A stretch of DNA of 64,000 nt from a virus (taxonomy: Duplodnaviria > Heunggongvirae > Uroviricota > Caudoviricetes): IMG/VR virus record IMGVR_UViG_2597490230_000001, positions 25,917-89,916 of that record; one strand, written 5' to 3'. Below the pieces are notes generated by a model. The model had not been told where the DNA came from. It saw only the letters and a program-made list of their open reading frames with translations, and ran no database searches. Both the position numbers and the translations under genes were made by a program. Positions within the stretch are counted from its first letter, which is position 1; the number at the start of each line of letters is the position of its first letter. This document shows positions 55,028 to 63,982 of the stretch, piece after piece.

Positions 55028-55263
55028 AAGTCCTATTTTAAAATAGGGAGGCGGGGACGAGCCGCCTTTATCCCTAGAAGCATGTAAGACCTAACAAACC
55101 CTACCCCGTCCGAAGTGAGGGGATACGATTCTAAGGGGCGGTGAATTACCCGGCCTACGTTTCGCATTGTTTAAGTTAGTGTCACCTTTCGGTGACGGTT
55201 AGGTGTCAAGGTTATCTAAGCCTCAACTCAAAGGGCTCTCGAAAGAACCCTTCACGTTGTAGG

Positions 55264-55506
55264 TTAGAACGTGAGTGTAACCTTTGCACTCTTAACAACA
55301 GTGCAGTATACATTATTAACTGGTGCGATTACTTCACCAGTGTCTAAACGCGCCAGCATTGTACGCAATTCGGTATCACTCTTTCTGACGAAGTGGCTCG
55401 ACGTGTTGCTGAGAACAAGATAATGTTCATCATTTATGCAAATAACCTCGCCAGGTTTAACAGTTCCAACTGTTACCTTTTTATGATTCGTAACTTCAAC
55501 TTTCAT
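55264..55506 (-). CDS. hypothetical protein
   Basis: 80 aa ORF. Confidence 0.45.
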   Translation of the reverse strand: MKVEVTNHKKVTVGTVKPGEVICINDEHYLVLSNTSSHFVRKSDTELRTMLARLDTGEVIAPVNNVYCTVVKSAKVTLTF

Positions 55507-55513
55507 TCAACGC

Positions 55514-55526
55514 ACCATCACAGTAG
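55514..55526 (-). repeat. copy of co-oriented 13-bp motif (ACTACTGTGATGG)
   Basis: Plus strand ccatcacagtagt. Confidence 0.55.
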
Positions 55527-55693
55527 TTACTGGAGTTTAGGCTCCGAGTGAAGATTACGAGAAGGCTCATAACGGTCATACGTTTTTGAGCCACCAGACT
55601 GCTTGACACTTGCGAAGCGGTCATGATTGAGCGCCTCGATAATATCTTTACAGAAGAAGTCTTTAATGTGTTTCCACATAAATACCTCAGAAG

Positions 55694-55769
55694 TGGAGGG
55701 TAGCACCCGATTCGAACGGGTGTGATTCGGATTTGCAATCCGATGCCTAAGCCACTCAGCCAGCTACCC
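55694..55769 (-). tRNA. tRNA-Cys (anticodon GCA)
   Basis: Acceptor GGGTAGC/GCTACCC, anticodon stem-loop TCGGA-TTGCAAA-TCCGA, T-arm ACCCGTTCGAATCGGGT, CCA encoded. Confidence 0.6.
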
Positions 55770-55775
55770 TATAAA

Positions 55776-56006
55776 TTATTTCAGGATGATATCAACATCC
55801 AACAGGTGCTTGACCCGCTGAGTACAGGAGAAGTGCTTGAACCCGCCTTCCACATCAACAGCGTTAAAGTTAATCCCACGATGGCTTAGGTCTTTTGAAT
55901 CGTTGACCTTAATGAACACGTTTGAATCAACCTGGAAGTATGACCAAAGGGGCAACTCACTGAAAGTTGCCTTTGCTTTAGTTTTATCAATCACTTTGAT
56001 AGACAT
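55776..56006 (-). CDS. hypothetical protein
   Basis: 76 aa ORF. Confidence 0.45.
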   Translation of the reverse strand: MSIKVIDKTKAKATFSELPLWSYFQVDSNVFIKVNDSKDLSHRGINFNAVDVEGGFKHFSCTQRVKHLLDVDIILK

Positions 56007-56022
56007 GATATCACCCTAGCGA

Positions 56023-56217
56023 TTACTCGCCCTTAGTCAGGCCAGTAGGAAAGCTTTTAGCGCCAGCGCGGTTCATCGCTTTACGTGCGATACGCTGGAG
56101 CTGAGCGCCCAGAACATCAACGCGCTTGTTGGACTTACGCTTGTAACCGTTGCGGGAGGTTGCCGGTTTAGCGAAAACTTTAGAGCTGGAATCTTGTTTC
56201 TTAGCACCTTTAGCCAT
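56023..56217 (-). CDS. small basic hypothetical protein
   Basis: 64 aa, Lys/Arg-rich. Confidence 0.45.
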   Translation of the reverse strand: MAKGAKKQDSSSKVFAKPATSRNGYKRKSNKRVDVLGAQLQRIARKAMNRAGAKSFPTGLTKGE

Positions 56218-56252
56218 TTTGAATCTCTCTTTGTTAGTTTGGTTAATTAAGT

Positions 56253-56335
56253 TGGAGCGGGCATCAGGAGTCGAACCTGAATCAGTTGCGCACCACTGTA
56301 TGCCTACAATGGACTGATAATCCTACATTACCCGC
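56253..56335 (-). tRNA. tRNA-like gene (type II-like length, CCA encoded; anticodon not resolved)
   Basis: Acceptor GCGGGTA/TGCCCGC, T-arm TCAGGTTCGACTCCTGA; internal stem CAGT/ACTG with 8-nt loop. Confidence 0.35.
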
Positions 56336-56340
56336 TGAGG

Positions 56341-56419
56341 TGGGACGACCAAGGATTCGAACCTCGTACTGACTACGTAACAGCGCGCCTTCTGTAGCCA
56401 GCAACTACCTGCATCATCC
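56341..56419 (-). tRNA. tRNA-like gene (possibly Ser-GCU-like; non-canonical)
   Basis: Acceptor GGATGAT/GTCGTCC with G-U pairs, T-arm CGAGGTTCGAATCCTTG, candidate anticodon loop TTGCTGG. Confidence 0.3.
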
Positions 56420-56928
56420 ATCGAGCCCCCTTTCCTTAATACAGAGTAGGGAGAACACTCCGGTCGTTTCGATTATGAAGGCGACTCACCCTTCACGAGC
56501 GCATTGGCGATTAAGCTGCTACTCGGAACGCATTATCATTTGCATTTATCTTTGTGGTCTGTTTCTTAAAACCGCATAGACGCTACGACGATAACGAAAA
56601 CCTTTAAGAACTCTCGTGAGAACTCTTAGAGCTTTTCGTTGCCGCCTGTATCGTAGACGGCACACGCCCTATCAAGGGAAGCATTCTTAGTTCGAGTCAC
56701 ATTCTCGGTTAAATTTACTGCTTCGGACTAGCTCGGATAGATTTCATAGTTTCTTTTCCGGATTCGCGGCGGTTAATGGGCGATGCCGAGTTTTGTTAGA
56801 GCAGGTTTTCTCGGAAACTGCTTGTTATGGCGTTTGTTAACCCAGTTATCTCTGGAAGGCTTGTACCGTCAACCCCTATTGGCGAGGTGAGATTGATAGT
56901 CTCATAGGGGCTGGCAGGTGGCGTCCGA

Positions 56929-57108
56929 TTACACCAACTGAGTCCCGAAAGGACGGGTTTGCTCAATCATGTTGATGTTACGGACAATGCCGCGAAGAAT
57001 AACCGCTTCAGATTTCAGAGCACCATTGCTGATGCTTTCCATCTTGGAAGGGCGATTCATACGCTTTTCAGCGTTACGGCGGAATGCTTTGGTGTTACGA
57101 GAATTCAT
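56929..57108 (-). CDS. small basic hypothetical protein
   Basis: ORF trimmed to a Met preceded by AAGGAAG. Confidence 0.35.
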   Translation of the reverse strand: MNSRNTKAFRRNAEKRMNRPSKMESISNGALKSEAVILRGIVRNINMIEQTRPFGTQLV

Positions 57109-57227
57109 TAATGTCTTCCTTAATTTGCATGAGGAGAGTTTCTTTAGATACGGCACAACCCGTACCATTACAAGCGGTGCATGTCCATTCATTGAATGAC
57201 ATATCACCAGGTTCAGCGTCGTTGCAA

Positions 57228-57545
57228 CTACCGCCCCCGTAACAAACGGGACACTTCATGTCCTCGACGTGGCGCTTTAAGTTCCGGTAAAAGCCTGTAG
57301 GCTGAGGCATTGAATCGTGCTCCTGTGAAGATAAGACCTTCACCAGAACACTGATATGGCGTCAGGTCAGTTGATTTGAAGAACATTTCACGAGCAAAAG
57401 CTCGGAACTTACTCATCAAACTGTGCATCGTATCATAACGATGTTGGCAGATACTGAGCTTATAGAACTGGCCATTACATTTGAAGTAAAGAGCATCACG
57501 GTCTTTATCCAATGCTTTCTTATATACGGTAACGATAAGAGCCAT
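57228..57545 (-). CDS. hypothetical protein
   Basis: Start chosen at MALIVTVYKK after GGAG; ATGA overlap with the upstream gene. Confidence 0.45.
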   Translation of the reverse strand: MALIVTVYKKALDKDRDALYFKCNGQFYKLSICQHRYDTMHSLMSKFRAFAREMFFKSTDLTPYQCSGEGLIFTGARFNASAYRLLPELKAPRRGHEVSRLLRGR

Positions 57546-57546
57546 T

Positions 57547-57828
57547 TTATTTTCTCCAGACCGGTTTGACTTTACCAGGGTTAAACCATATCCATCTTTT
57601 TGAAATGATTCCGGCATATGGACCACCTTCGGGGAGCTTACGATAACCTTTCCACCAGACACGCTTGAGATAACCATCAGCGTCTAACTCACCGATACGA
57701 ACATAGCCACGCTTAGTAGCATAACGTTTTGCAGTGAGCAGGTTATGTCTGACGTAAACCACTTCGTTTTTCTTAGTCATAATGACATAAGTTTCAGCGG
57801 GGAATTTGAGCACTGAGTCAGCCGTCAT
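57547..57828 (-). CDS. hypothetical protein
   Basis: 93 aa ORF; its start codon lies inside a variant copy of the 13-bp repeat. Confidence 0.5.
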   Translation of the reverse strand: MTADSVLKFPAETYVIMTKKNEVVYVRHNLLTAKRYATKRGYVRIGELDADGYLKRVWWKGYRKLPEGGPYAGIISKRWIWFNPGKVKPVWRK

Positions 57829-57834
57829 AGTAGT
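57822..57834 (-). repeat. variant copy of 13-bp motif (ACTACTATGACGG), overlapping a start codon
   Basis: Plus strand ccgtcatagtagt. Confidence 0.45.
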
Positions 57835-58196
57835 TAAGCCTTTTCTAAGAGCTTGTCGCTCTCACGTTTAAATTCTTCAATCAAACCATCATCAGGTTGG
57901 ATTGGTAAAAGATTTTCTTCTGCAACAAACGCATAACCTTCTGGTAAATCGACCACAACCATCGGGTTGTGATAACCATCTTTCCGTATCAACCAGAGGT
58001 TTTTACCAGAAAGATTTAAGTTATAGGTTGTGTCTGGGAAGATTACACAAGAGCCACGCCATACACCATCTTCATCAGCATCTACAACAGCCATACGCTG
58101 AACAAGTAAGACAGTTCTACCTACCAAATGTTTCTTTCCGTGATTAGTACGAGCACCAATCACAAGAGCATTCTCACCAGGAATTAAACCTTTCAC
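57834..58196 (-). CDS. hypothetical protein (GTG start)
   Basis: 120 aa; AAGGAG RBS 8 nt upstream; promoter-like motif just upstream. Confidence 0.5.
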   Translation of the reverse strand: MKGLIPGENALVIGARTNHGKKHLVGRTVLLVQRMAVVDADEDGVWRGSCVIFPDTTYNLNLSGKNLWLIRKDGYHNPMVVVDLPEGYAFVAEENLLPIQPDDGLIEEFKRESDKLLEKA

Positions 58197-58204
58197 AGTG
58201 AACT

Positions 58205-58227
58205 CCTTATTATATGTGGATTAACTG
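58205..58227 (-). promoter_or_regulatory. conserved promoter-like motif CAGTTAATCCACATATAATAAGGAG (contains a perfect TATAAT)
   Basis: Directly upstream of the RBS of 57834..58196. Confidence 0.45.
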
Positions 58228-58526
58228 ACTAATAAATACTCAGAGAATACTCATTAGTGAGTTGCCAGTCTCTTCCTGGCAGTCAAACCTAATCGGTGTC
58301 ATAGCGGTTAACTATGTATGCGAGGGAAATCTCCATGTGGGAGCAAAACCTCCACCTAACTCATTCATTCCTGTTCCAACGTGCTCGGCCAAAGGAGGAG
58401 ACCTTATCTGTACAACGAGTTGGTAGACTCACAGAGGGCTACATTGGGGAACTGTCCCATCTCAGGGAATTGACGATGAGCTGCCGCCTTCAGCAACGCA
58501 GACTAGCGTCTACAGCAGTGTTATTT

Positions 58527-58682
58527 CTCGGTCAGATACTTAATATCTGCCAGGATTTTGAATTGTTGCCCACAGTGAGTGCAGGTAACACGAATCTGGT
58601 CGAACTGACGTACACGATATGCAATCGTCCACGGTGTAACTTCTTTCTTACCCTCGCAATGAGGACAAGTAACAAACATCTT
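58527..58682 (-). CDS. small Zn-ribbon protein (51 aa; not in the ORF track)
   Basis: MFVTCPHCEGKKEV...VTCTHCGQQF with two CxxC pairs. Confidence 0.4.
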
Positions 58683-58962
58683 ATCCACTTTTGATTACCT
58701 CTGTTTTAAATGTGTAGTCTGCACGAATATTGAATTCGGTTTCGCAGCCAGAGCATTTACGTTTAATGGGAGCGCCAGCCTTAACAAGACCAGAGACGCT
58801 ATCAGACAAATTACCCCGTGTACCACACACGGGGCAAAAGAAAGCATTTTTGAAAATATCCATGCTACCAACCACGGATAGTGTTGTTACGGCGTACAGA
58901 GTACTCTTCTTCACGCAGACGGCGAAGGTTTTCGCTAATCTGTTGTGTTTCAGATTTCTCAT
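58681..58962 (-). CDS. Zn-ribbon hypothetical protein
   Basis: CPVCG...CSGCE motifs. Confidence 0.45.
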   Translation of the reverse strand: MRNLKHNRLAKTFAVCVKKSTLYAVTTLSVVGSMDIFKNAFFCPVCGTRGNLSDSVSGLVKAGAPIKRKCSGCETEFNIRADYTFKTEVIKSG

Positions 58963-59028
58963 TCTTCTTATTCAGAAGACGCTCACGACGGTCTAAGTCA
59001 CGCTCAGTCTGTCCGATAACAGCAGGTT

Positions 59029-59406
59029 TCATTTCTTTGGTATCCATCTTCTCTGTTGGAAATTAATGCTCCGAGCATACAGTGCCAAGTGATTAGCACG
59101 ATTGGCGATTACTTCAAGCGGGATGTCACCCTGCTCAAGCCCGGCGTCACAGTAGTACTTCTGGTGCAGACAAACACCCATCGCATATTCTCGACGGTTC
59201 TGCCAGATAGTAAAGAAGTCGTCCAACATCTCATCACTGAATTTGATGTATGGGTCAGACTTCATTCGGTTGATTGCCTCCGGTGATAGAGGCAACGGAG
59301 AGTGAGGCTTCATTGTGTGCTCATACAAGTCACACATCATAGGCTTCACTGCTTTGTAATTCTCGTACTGCTCAGGGGTGAAGTGCGTTATCTCTGCCCG
59401 TACCAT
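59029..59406 (-). CDS. hypothetical protein
   Basis: 125 aa ORF. Confidence 0.5.
   Translation of the reverse strand: MVRAEITHFTPEQYENYKAVKPMMCDLYEHTMKPHSPLPLSPEAINRMKSDPYIKFSDEMLDDFFTIWQNRREYAMGVCLHQKYYCDAGLEQGDIPLEVIANRANHLALYARSINFQQRRWIPKK
59144..59156 (-). repeat. copy of co-oriented 13-bp motif (ACTACTGTGACGC)
   Basis: Plus strand gcgtcacagtagt. Confidence 0.6.
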
Positions 59407-59773
59407 TTAGAACCTTCGCTTTATTAGCCTCACCTACAACATAATACGAACCCCAGAGAGGTGTATAAATCTTGCAAGACTGAGAAGGGTTATCGACACA
59501 ACCTGTTTGCACATCAGCGAGTTTGAGGATATCGACTAACGTCTTTTCCTCAGTTTCTCTCGCACCCATCTCGACAGCTTCAAGATAGCTATCGAAAACA
59601 ACATCAAGACAAGTATCAGAATCGCCTTGAGAAGAAGCATCACACACCACCTTAGCGTCGTCGTTCATTTCGTCAACGAGTGCTTGCGGCAGAAACAGGT
59701 CAGCTTCATGTGCAAGCGCAGGAGCTGGATGACAAGCAGTCATCAGCAGGATTACCAATAAACGTTTCATCAT
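59372..59773 (-). CDS. secreted or lipoprotein-like hypothetical protein
   Basis: Signal peptide MMKRLLVILLMTAC with Cys near the cleavage site. Confidence 0.5.
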   Translation of the reverse strand: MMKRLLVILLMTACHPAPALAHEADLFLPQALVDEMNDDAKVVCDASSQGDSDTCLDVVFDSYLEAVEMGARETEEKTLVDILKLADVQTGCVDNPSQSCKIYTPLWGSYYVVGEANKAKVLNGTGRDNALHP

Positions 59774-60012
59774 TTGATAACCTCTAAAGATTTGATACTA
59801 CGGGCTTCAACTGCCCCATCAGACCACTTAACCCACACACGCTGGATGTTTCCGGTGAACGCTGTAATGGTTCCGAACACCTGCTGGGTTGGTCGTGCAT
59901 AGCGATAAAGCACTTTCTTATTTAACAGCACTTCACGCTGTACCTGACTAACAGGTGCGCCGTTGTTGTTATCGAGAGAGGCTTTTAATAATTGGAAAGC
60001 TGATTGACGCAT
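59770..60012 (-). CDS. hypothetical protein
   Basis: 80 aa ORF. Confidence 0.45.
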   Translation of the reverse strand: MRQSAFQLLKASLDNNNGAPVSQVQREVLLNKKVLYRYARPTQQVFGTITAFTGNIQRVWVKWSDGAVEARSIKSLEVIK

Positions 60013-60101
60013 GATTTACATCCCCAAAGCTGCGGCAAATAACAGGCCGCCGAACACACCAGTGGCGCACAATGCAACCACACCAGATACAACAGAACGC
60101 G

Positions 60102-60114
60102 CCGTCACAGTAGT
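60102..60114 (-). repeat. copy of co-oriented 13-bp motif (ACTACTGTGACGG)
   Basis: Plus strand ccgtcacagtagt. Confidence 0.6.
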
Positions 60115-60140
60115 ATTACGAGTTGCCATGAGTGAGCACC

Positions 60141-60503
60141 TTAACCATTGCATATGGGTTGATGGAAGTAATGTCGCCAGTTTCCAGAACTTTGGCACGA
60201 ACTTCGGAGAAATACACCCCTCCATTTTCGTAGGATTAAAAACGTTTCAGAATTGAAGTTGTTCTTATCATCTACCATACGAACAACATCATTCACATCA
60301 AGTGCGCCAGCTTCTACTGGTTCAACTACCTGAGTAGGTAGGAATTCGCACGCTGCATACGGCGGGAACTTAACCATACGCTTAGAATCTTCGTCGATAG
60401 CCAGTACATTGTCATACTCGCCATACATACGGATGCACACGAACACCGCGCCGTTTGATTTAAAACGTTCGCCGATATTCAATTCAAACATTTCTTTACG
60501 CAT
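60141..60503 (-). CDS. hypothetical protein
   Basis: 120 aa ORF. Confidence 0.5.
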   Translation of the reverse strand: MRKEMFELNIGERFKSNGAVFVCIRMYGEYDNVLAIDEDSKRMVKFPPYAACEFLPTQVVEPVEAGALDVNDVVRMVDDKNNFNSETFLILRKWRGVFLRSSCQSSGNWRHYFHQPICNG

Positions 60504-60505
60504 GG

Positions 60506-60694
60506 TTAACTCCAGATATCACGTTTAACATGGATGTTAATTTGTGGCTTGCTACCAAACAGAGCCACACGAATTGCAGGCCACAAGGCAAGAATCAGGA
60601 AAACGCTTGCCAACATGTTGCCACCCATGAGCCAGAAGAAGGCAGCCAGGAACAGGAACAGTACGGACAGAACAACAGTCAGAAACGTTTTCAT
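60506..60694 (-). CDS. small membrane protein
   Basis: 62 aa with two TM helices. Confidence 0.5.
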   Translation of the reverse strand: MKTFLTVVLSVLFLFLAAFFWLMGGNMLASVFLILALWPAIRVALFGSKPQINIHVKRDIWS

Positions 60695-60696
60695 AA

Positions 60697-61410
60697 TTAA
60701 CCCTTAAACAGGTTCCAGTGGATACGCAAAGCTTCCACATCTAATTTGACACGGTGTGCTTTGAGTCCATTACCCTCATACAGAGCCGCATAAGGGTGAT
60801 TACATTTAAAGTGAACCGTCAAAGTATCAGGATTGATACTCATCAGGTGGTTGTCAAACAACAGGTGCAAATCAGCACTCATGAGAATGCCGTTTGAAGT
60901 GTTGTTGTTCTTATCATCTGCAAACGGGCTAATATGAGCAGCTTGCAGGCACTGAGTAACATTGTGGCCAGTGATTGCACACGAGCCACCGAAATTCATT
61001 GATACACGATTGCGGAAGTCAGACTGACCAGTACGAACTTCAACAGTGCGCTGAACAGTAGAACCTTTGCGCTCAACAGGGGCAGCCGTCACAGTAGTTT
61101 GTGACTCTACTCTACGTGCAGGAGCTGGACGCTGAGGGTGATACGTCACTGTTTCAGCTGTTGCCCTTGCCTCTGCTTCCATTCTAGCCTGTCGACGACG
61201 CTCTTTAGCACTACCTTTGTGTGAGATTTCATTCAGGCGTTTAGCTTGTCCAGCCATTAACTCAGCAATGATAGCATCTTGTTCTTCCTTAGTGGATGAA
61301 CTAACCTCTTCCGTTGTTTCGAAAGATTTAGATACTAGCTTAGAAGCTCCCTTAAACTGGACTCTTACTGGTTTATTTTTGCCTGAATAAATCATGGTTA
61401 GAAACCCCAC
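60697..61410 (-). CDS. HNH endonuclease (HNH_2-type) with N-terminal extension
   Basis: C-terminal GGSCAITGHN...CLQAAHISPF...NGILMSADLHLLFD motif. Confidence 0.65.
   Translation of the reverse strand: MGFLTMIYSGKNKPVRVQFKGASKLVSKSFETTEEVSSSTKEEQDAIIAELMAGQAKRLNEISHKGSAKERRRQARMEAEARATAETVTYHPQRPAPARRVESQTTVTAAPVERKGSTVQRTVEVRTGQSDFRNRVSMNFGGSCAITGHNVTQCLQAAHISPFADDKNNNTSNGILMSADLHLLFDNHLMSINPDTLTVHFKCNHPYAALYEGNGLKAHRVKLDVEALRIHWNLFKG
61086..61098 (-). repeat. copy of co-oriented 13-bp motif (ACTACTGTGACGG)
   Basis: Plus strand ccgtcacagtagt. Confidence 0.6.
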
Positions 61411-61607
61411 ACGTTATTTGTGTAACTCACACCTGTAGGCCGTGACGTGTCCGCCATTGACCTATCGTGTGCTTTCTTGATGTTAGCCTTGAGTTGTTTT
61501 CTCTCAGCCTGTAGACGTTTGTAGAGCTTTTTGCTCTTGACACGCGGAACACAGCGGCCTTTACACTTTTGAAGATGTTCGAGGTCGTTCCACGTTTTAC
61601 TAGCCAT
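61398..61607 (-). CDS. small basic hypothetical protein
   Basis: Start ATG overlaps the stop of the upstream gene (ATGGCTAG). Confidence 0.4.
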   Translation of the reverse strand: MASKTWNDLEHLQKCKGRCVPRVKSKKLYKRLQAERKQLKANIKKAHDRSMADTSRPTGVSYTNNVWGF

Positions 61608-61960
61608 GACGTAAACCTTTAGCGTGTTTAGTGCCAGCTTTACGTGCCTTATGAATGCGAGGCTCTTTCTTTTTCGCATTCTTGCGTGGCTTTTCTGCCT
61701 TAGCAGCGAGCATAGCAGGTGTGTAGGTACGCTCATCACCCAGCTTAATTGTTTCACCTGACACTTTGGTCTTGAAGCCGTGTTGACTCACCTGGTAGTG
61801 CAGACACTTACGCTTACGACCGTCTAAGAGTTTTGTAGTCAGTTCACTGGCACTCTTACGACCTCCTATCGGCGAAAGGGCTTGCTTGCGTTTAGGCTGG
61901 CGAGATTTACCCTTTGGTTTGACTGCGTAGATTGACGCATTCATGATGAATTGAACAGAC
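61600..61960 (-). CDS. basic hypothetical protein
   Basis: Lys/Arg-rich; start trimmed to MSVQFIMNAS. Confidence 0.45.
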
Positions 61961-62112
61961 ATACTAACCCCTTTGTCAGTTAAATGGTGTGGCAATTGAG
62001 GGACTGCCACCAACCTATCGTCATTGGAAGCTACTTACGCACTAATCGGGCGCTAACCGAACCTACGCGCTGGCTTATGCCTACCTTTCCCGCGCTACGT
62101 TGCAAGGGGGAA

Positions 62113-62125
62113 CCGTCACAGTAGT
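62113..62125 (-). repeat. copy of co-oriented 13-bp motif (ACTACTGTGACGG), intergenic
   Basis: Plus strand ccgtcacagtagt. Confidence 0.6.
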
Positions 62126-62130
62126 GACAC

Positions 62131-62259
62131 CTATCCCTTAGATGAACAGGCTTGCTACAATCATTGCAGCGATAATCAATCCGGCAAACTTTGCCCAGAA
62201 TGCTGTCACGCCTTCATGAATGTCAATATCACCGTATTCAACGGTGTACTTGTTACGCT
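62131..62259 (-). CDS. small hydrophobic membrane peptide (42 aa; not in the ORF track)
   Basis: MKRNKYTVEYGDIDIHEGVTAFWAKFAGLIIAAMIVASLFI preceded by AGGAG. Confidence 0.35.
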
Positions 62260-62329
62260 TCATAACATTACTCCTGTCGTCAGTGAATTTAATAAAGCCC
62301 CTGCTATCAGAGGCTTGATAATCCCACTG

Positions 62330-62947
62330 TTACGCCGCTTTCTTTTCTGCTTTGTTGCGCAGTTCACGGACGTTATCAGCTGCAAACATATCGCTAACAG
62401 CTTTCAGTGCCATATTACGCAGCACGTCGATGTTAGCGCCGCTATCAATCGCAGCCTGGATTTGAGACTGGATAGAGGTACGGATTGCTTTTGCAGACTT
62501 ATCCATGTCGTAGGATTTTTCAGTACGCGCCACGGTCTTTTTATCGTGCAGCAGAGAAGTATGCTCCGCTTCGATGAAAGACTTAACAAAGGTACGGAAA
62601 GCAACCTTTTCTTCTTTCGTGGTCGCAACTTCGCCTTTTTCGGCGTTCGGTTTCCAGTTAACCACGGTGTAAGCCTTCTCTTTCTTATCAGCGGACGTGT
62701 TGTCTTTGTCCAGCTTGATAGTCAGTTTAGCCATACGCGGCAGCAGGTCATTAATGACCGCCTTTTGTAACTGAGGGAAACGCTTGATAGCGTTCACGAA
62801 AAATTCAATGTTGGCCGGGTTACAGGAGTCTTTGCCCCAATAATCAGACACAACTACTTCGAAAGACTTAACCAGACCACGGGAACCTTCACGGAAATTC
62901 TTGACGGATTCCAGAATCAGAGTTTGGGTAGCATTCAGTTTAGCCAT
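62330..62947 (-). CDS. hypothetical early protein (first gene of the leftward block)
   Basis: ORF 62330..62971; likely start at MAKLNATQ. Confidence 0.5.
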   Translation of the reverse strand: MAKLNATQTLILESVKNFREGSRGLVKSFEVVVSDYWGKDSCNPANIEFFVNAIKRFPQLQKAVINDLLPRMAKLTIKLDKDNTSADKKEKAYTVVNWKPNAEKGEVATTKEEKVAFRTFVKSFIEAEHTSLLHDKKTVARTEKSYDMDKSAKAIRTSIQSQIQAAIDSGANIDVLRNMALKAVSDMFAADNVRELRNKAEKKAA

Positions 62948-63982
62948 GATAACACCTCGATAATTAACCATTTAGTTTGAAGGAAGCAACGCGCTTCGGT
63001 GGATAGACCTCGCCTCATAAGATTTAAGGTCTACCCGAAACACACTACAACCAGCCGCCGGAGAGTCCAGGAGCTGGAAGGTAGAACTCTAGCCGGTATT
63101 AGCTAGACCGGCAACGCTCGATAGCTACGCCCATCACTGAATGGGGAAACAGCCCGGAGCCGTTCGACGCTATCAATTTTGCTTATCTTTCCTCAAAGCA
63201 GGACGCACCGCGCTACCAGTGCAATTTCTTTCCCCTTTATACTCCCGACAATTAGCAATTGAGCCAGTGCTATTTGATTCAGGGGAACGCCTCACACACA
63301 AAAGGCAGCGTGATAATCAAATCACCGCCGCGCTATTGTTTAACGTGGTATCGTTGTTCCCCGTTGTCGCATTCTTTGCTTAACGCTTTCGGGAGTTAGT
63401 CGCAATTAGTAGACAAATCCATGCCTAGCTATTGCTTTCACCTTTCGGCTTTTGCATCACGGTTTTACCCATACGGACTATTCTATTTATCCGTTACCCA
63501 AAAACATTGCGGCGCTTACTATCGAGTCATAATGACCGGATAATGTTTCCGACTTTGATAAAACCAGTCTCTACTTTGGTGACAACCTTACTACGCTAAA
63601 CTAGCCGTTTCATAATGACTCGCAAGGCATTGCGTTTTAAATCACCGTTTCGACTCCCCTCCCAATCCGTGAAGATTGGCGAGGATAGGAATCAAGTGCT
63701 TCCATCTTGGGAGGATTGGTATCAGACTTCACCGCACCGCCGTATAAGTTTCGCCCTTGTCGTGGTTTAATATCATCTACATTTCAGGGTAGATACTCAC
63801 AATGAAGCGGGGAAAATATCCATGCTTCTGTTTTCTTTGCCTATGGCTGGCTAGTCTTGCGACTTTTACGAGGTACGGTCTTGCCGTCGAAAGATATTAC
63901 TATCTTTACATAGCCATTGTGAGTGGCGACTCGTTAGCGGTACTGCTACCATTACCCGCTAATATATTGCTCAAATTTTATA

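Noticed and set aside
55496-55738. 80-aa minus-strand ORF overlapping the tRNA-Cys gene
   Set aside because: It overlaps a well-folded tRNA and has no RBS. A 50-aa ORF in another frame (55528..55680) fits the spacing better.
58314-58694. 126-aa + strand ORF in the leftward block
   Set aside because: It has the opposite orientation to every neighbour. The same DNA encodes a convincing 51-aa double-CxxC Zn-ribbon protein on the minus strand.
14577-62125. 13-bp motif as T5-type nick sites, or as a repeated protein motif
   Set aside because: As I recall, the T5 nick consensus contains GCGC, which does not match here. The motif occurs in at least three different reading-frame contexts and once intergenically, so it is not a conserved peptide. 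Its function remains open.
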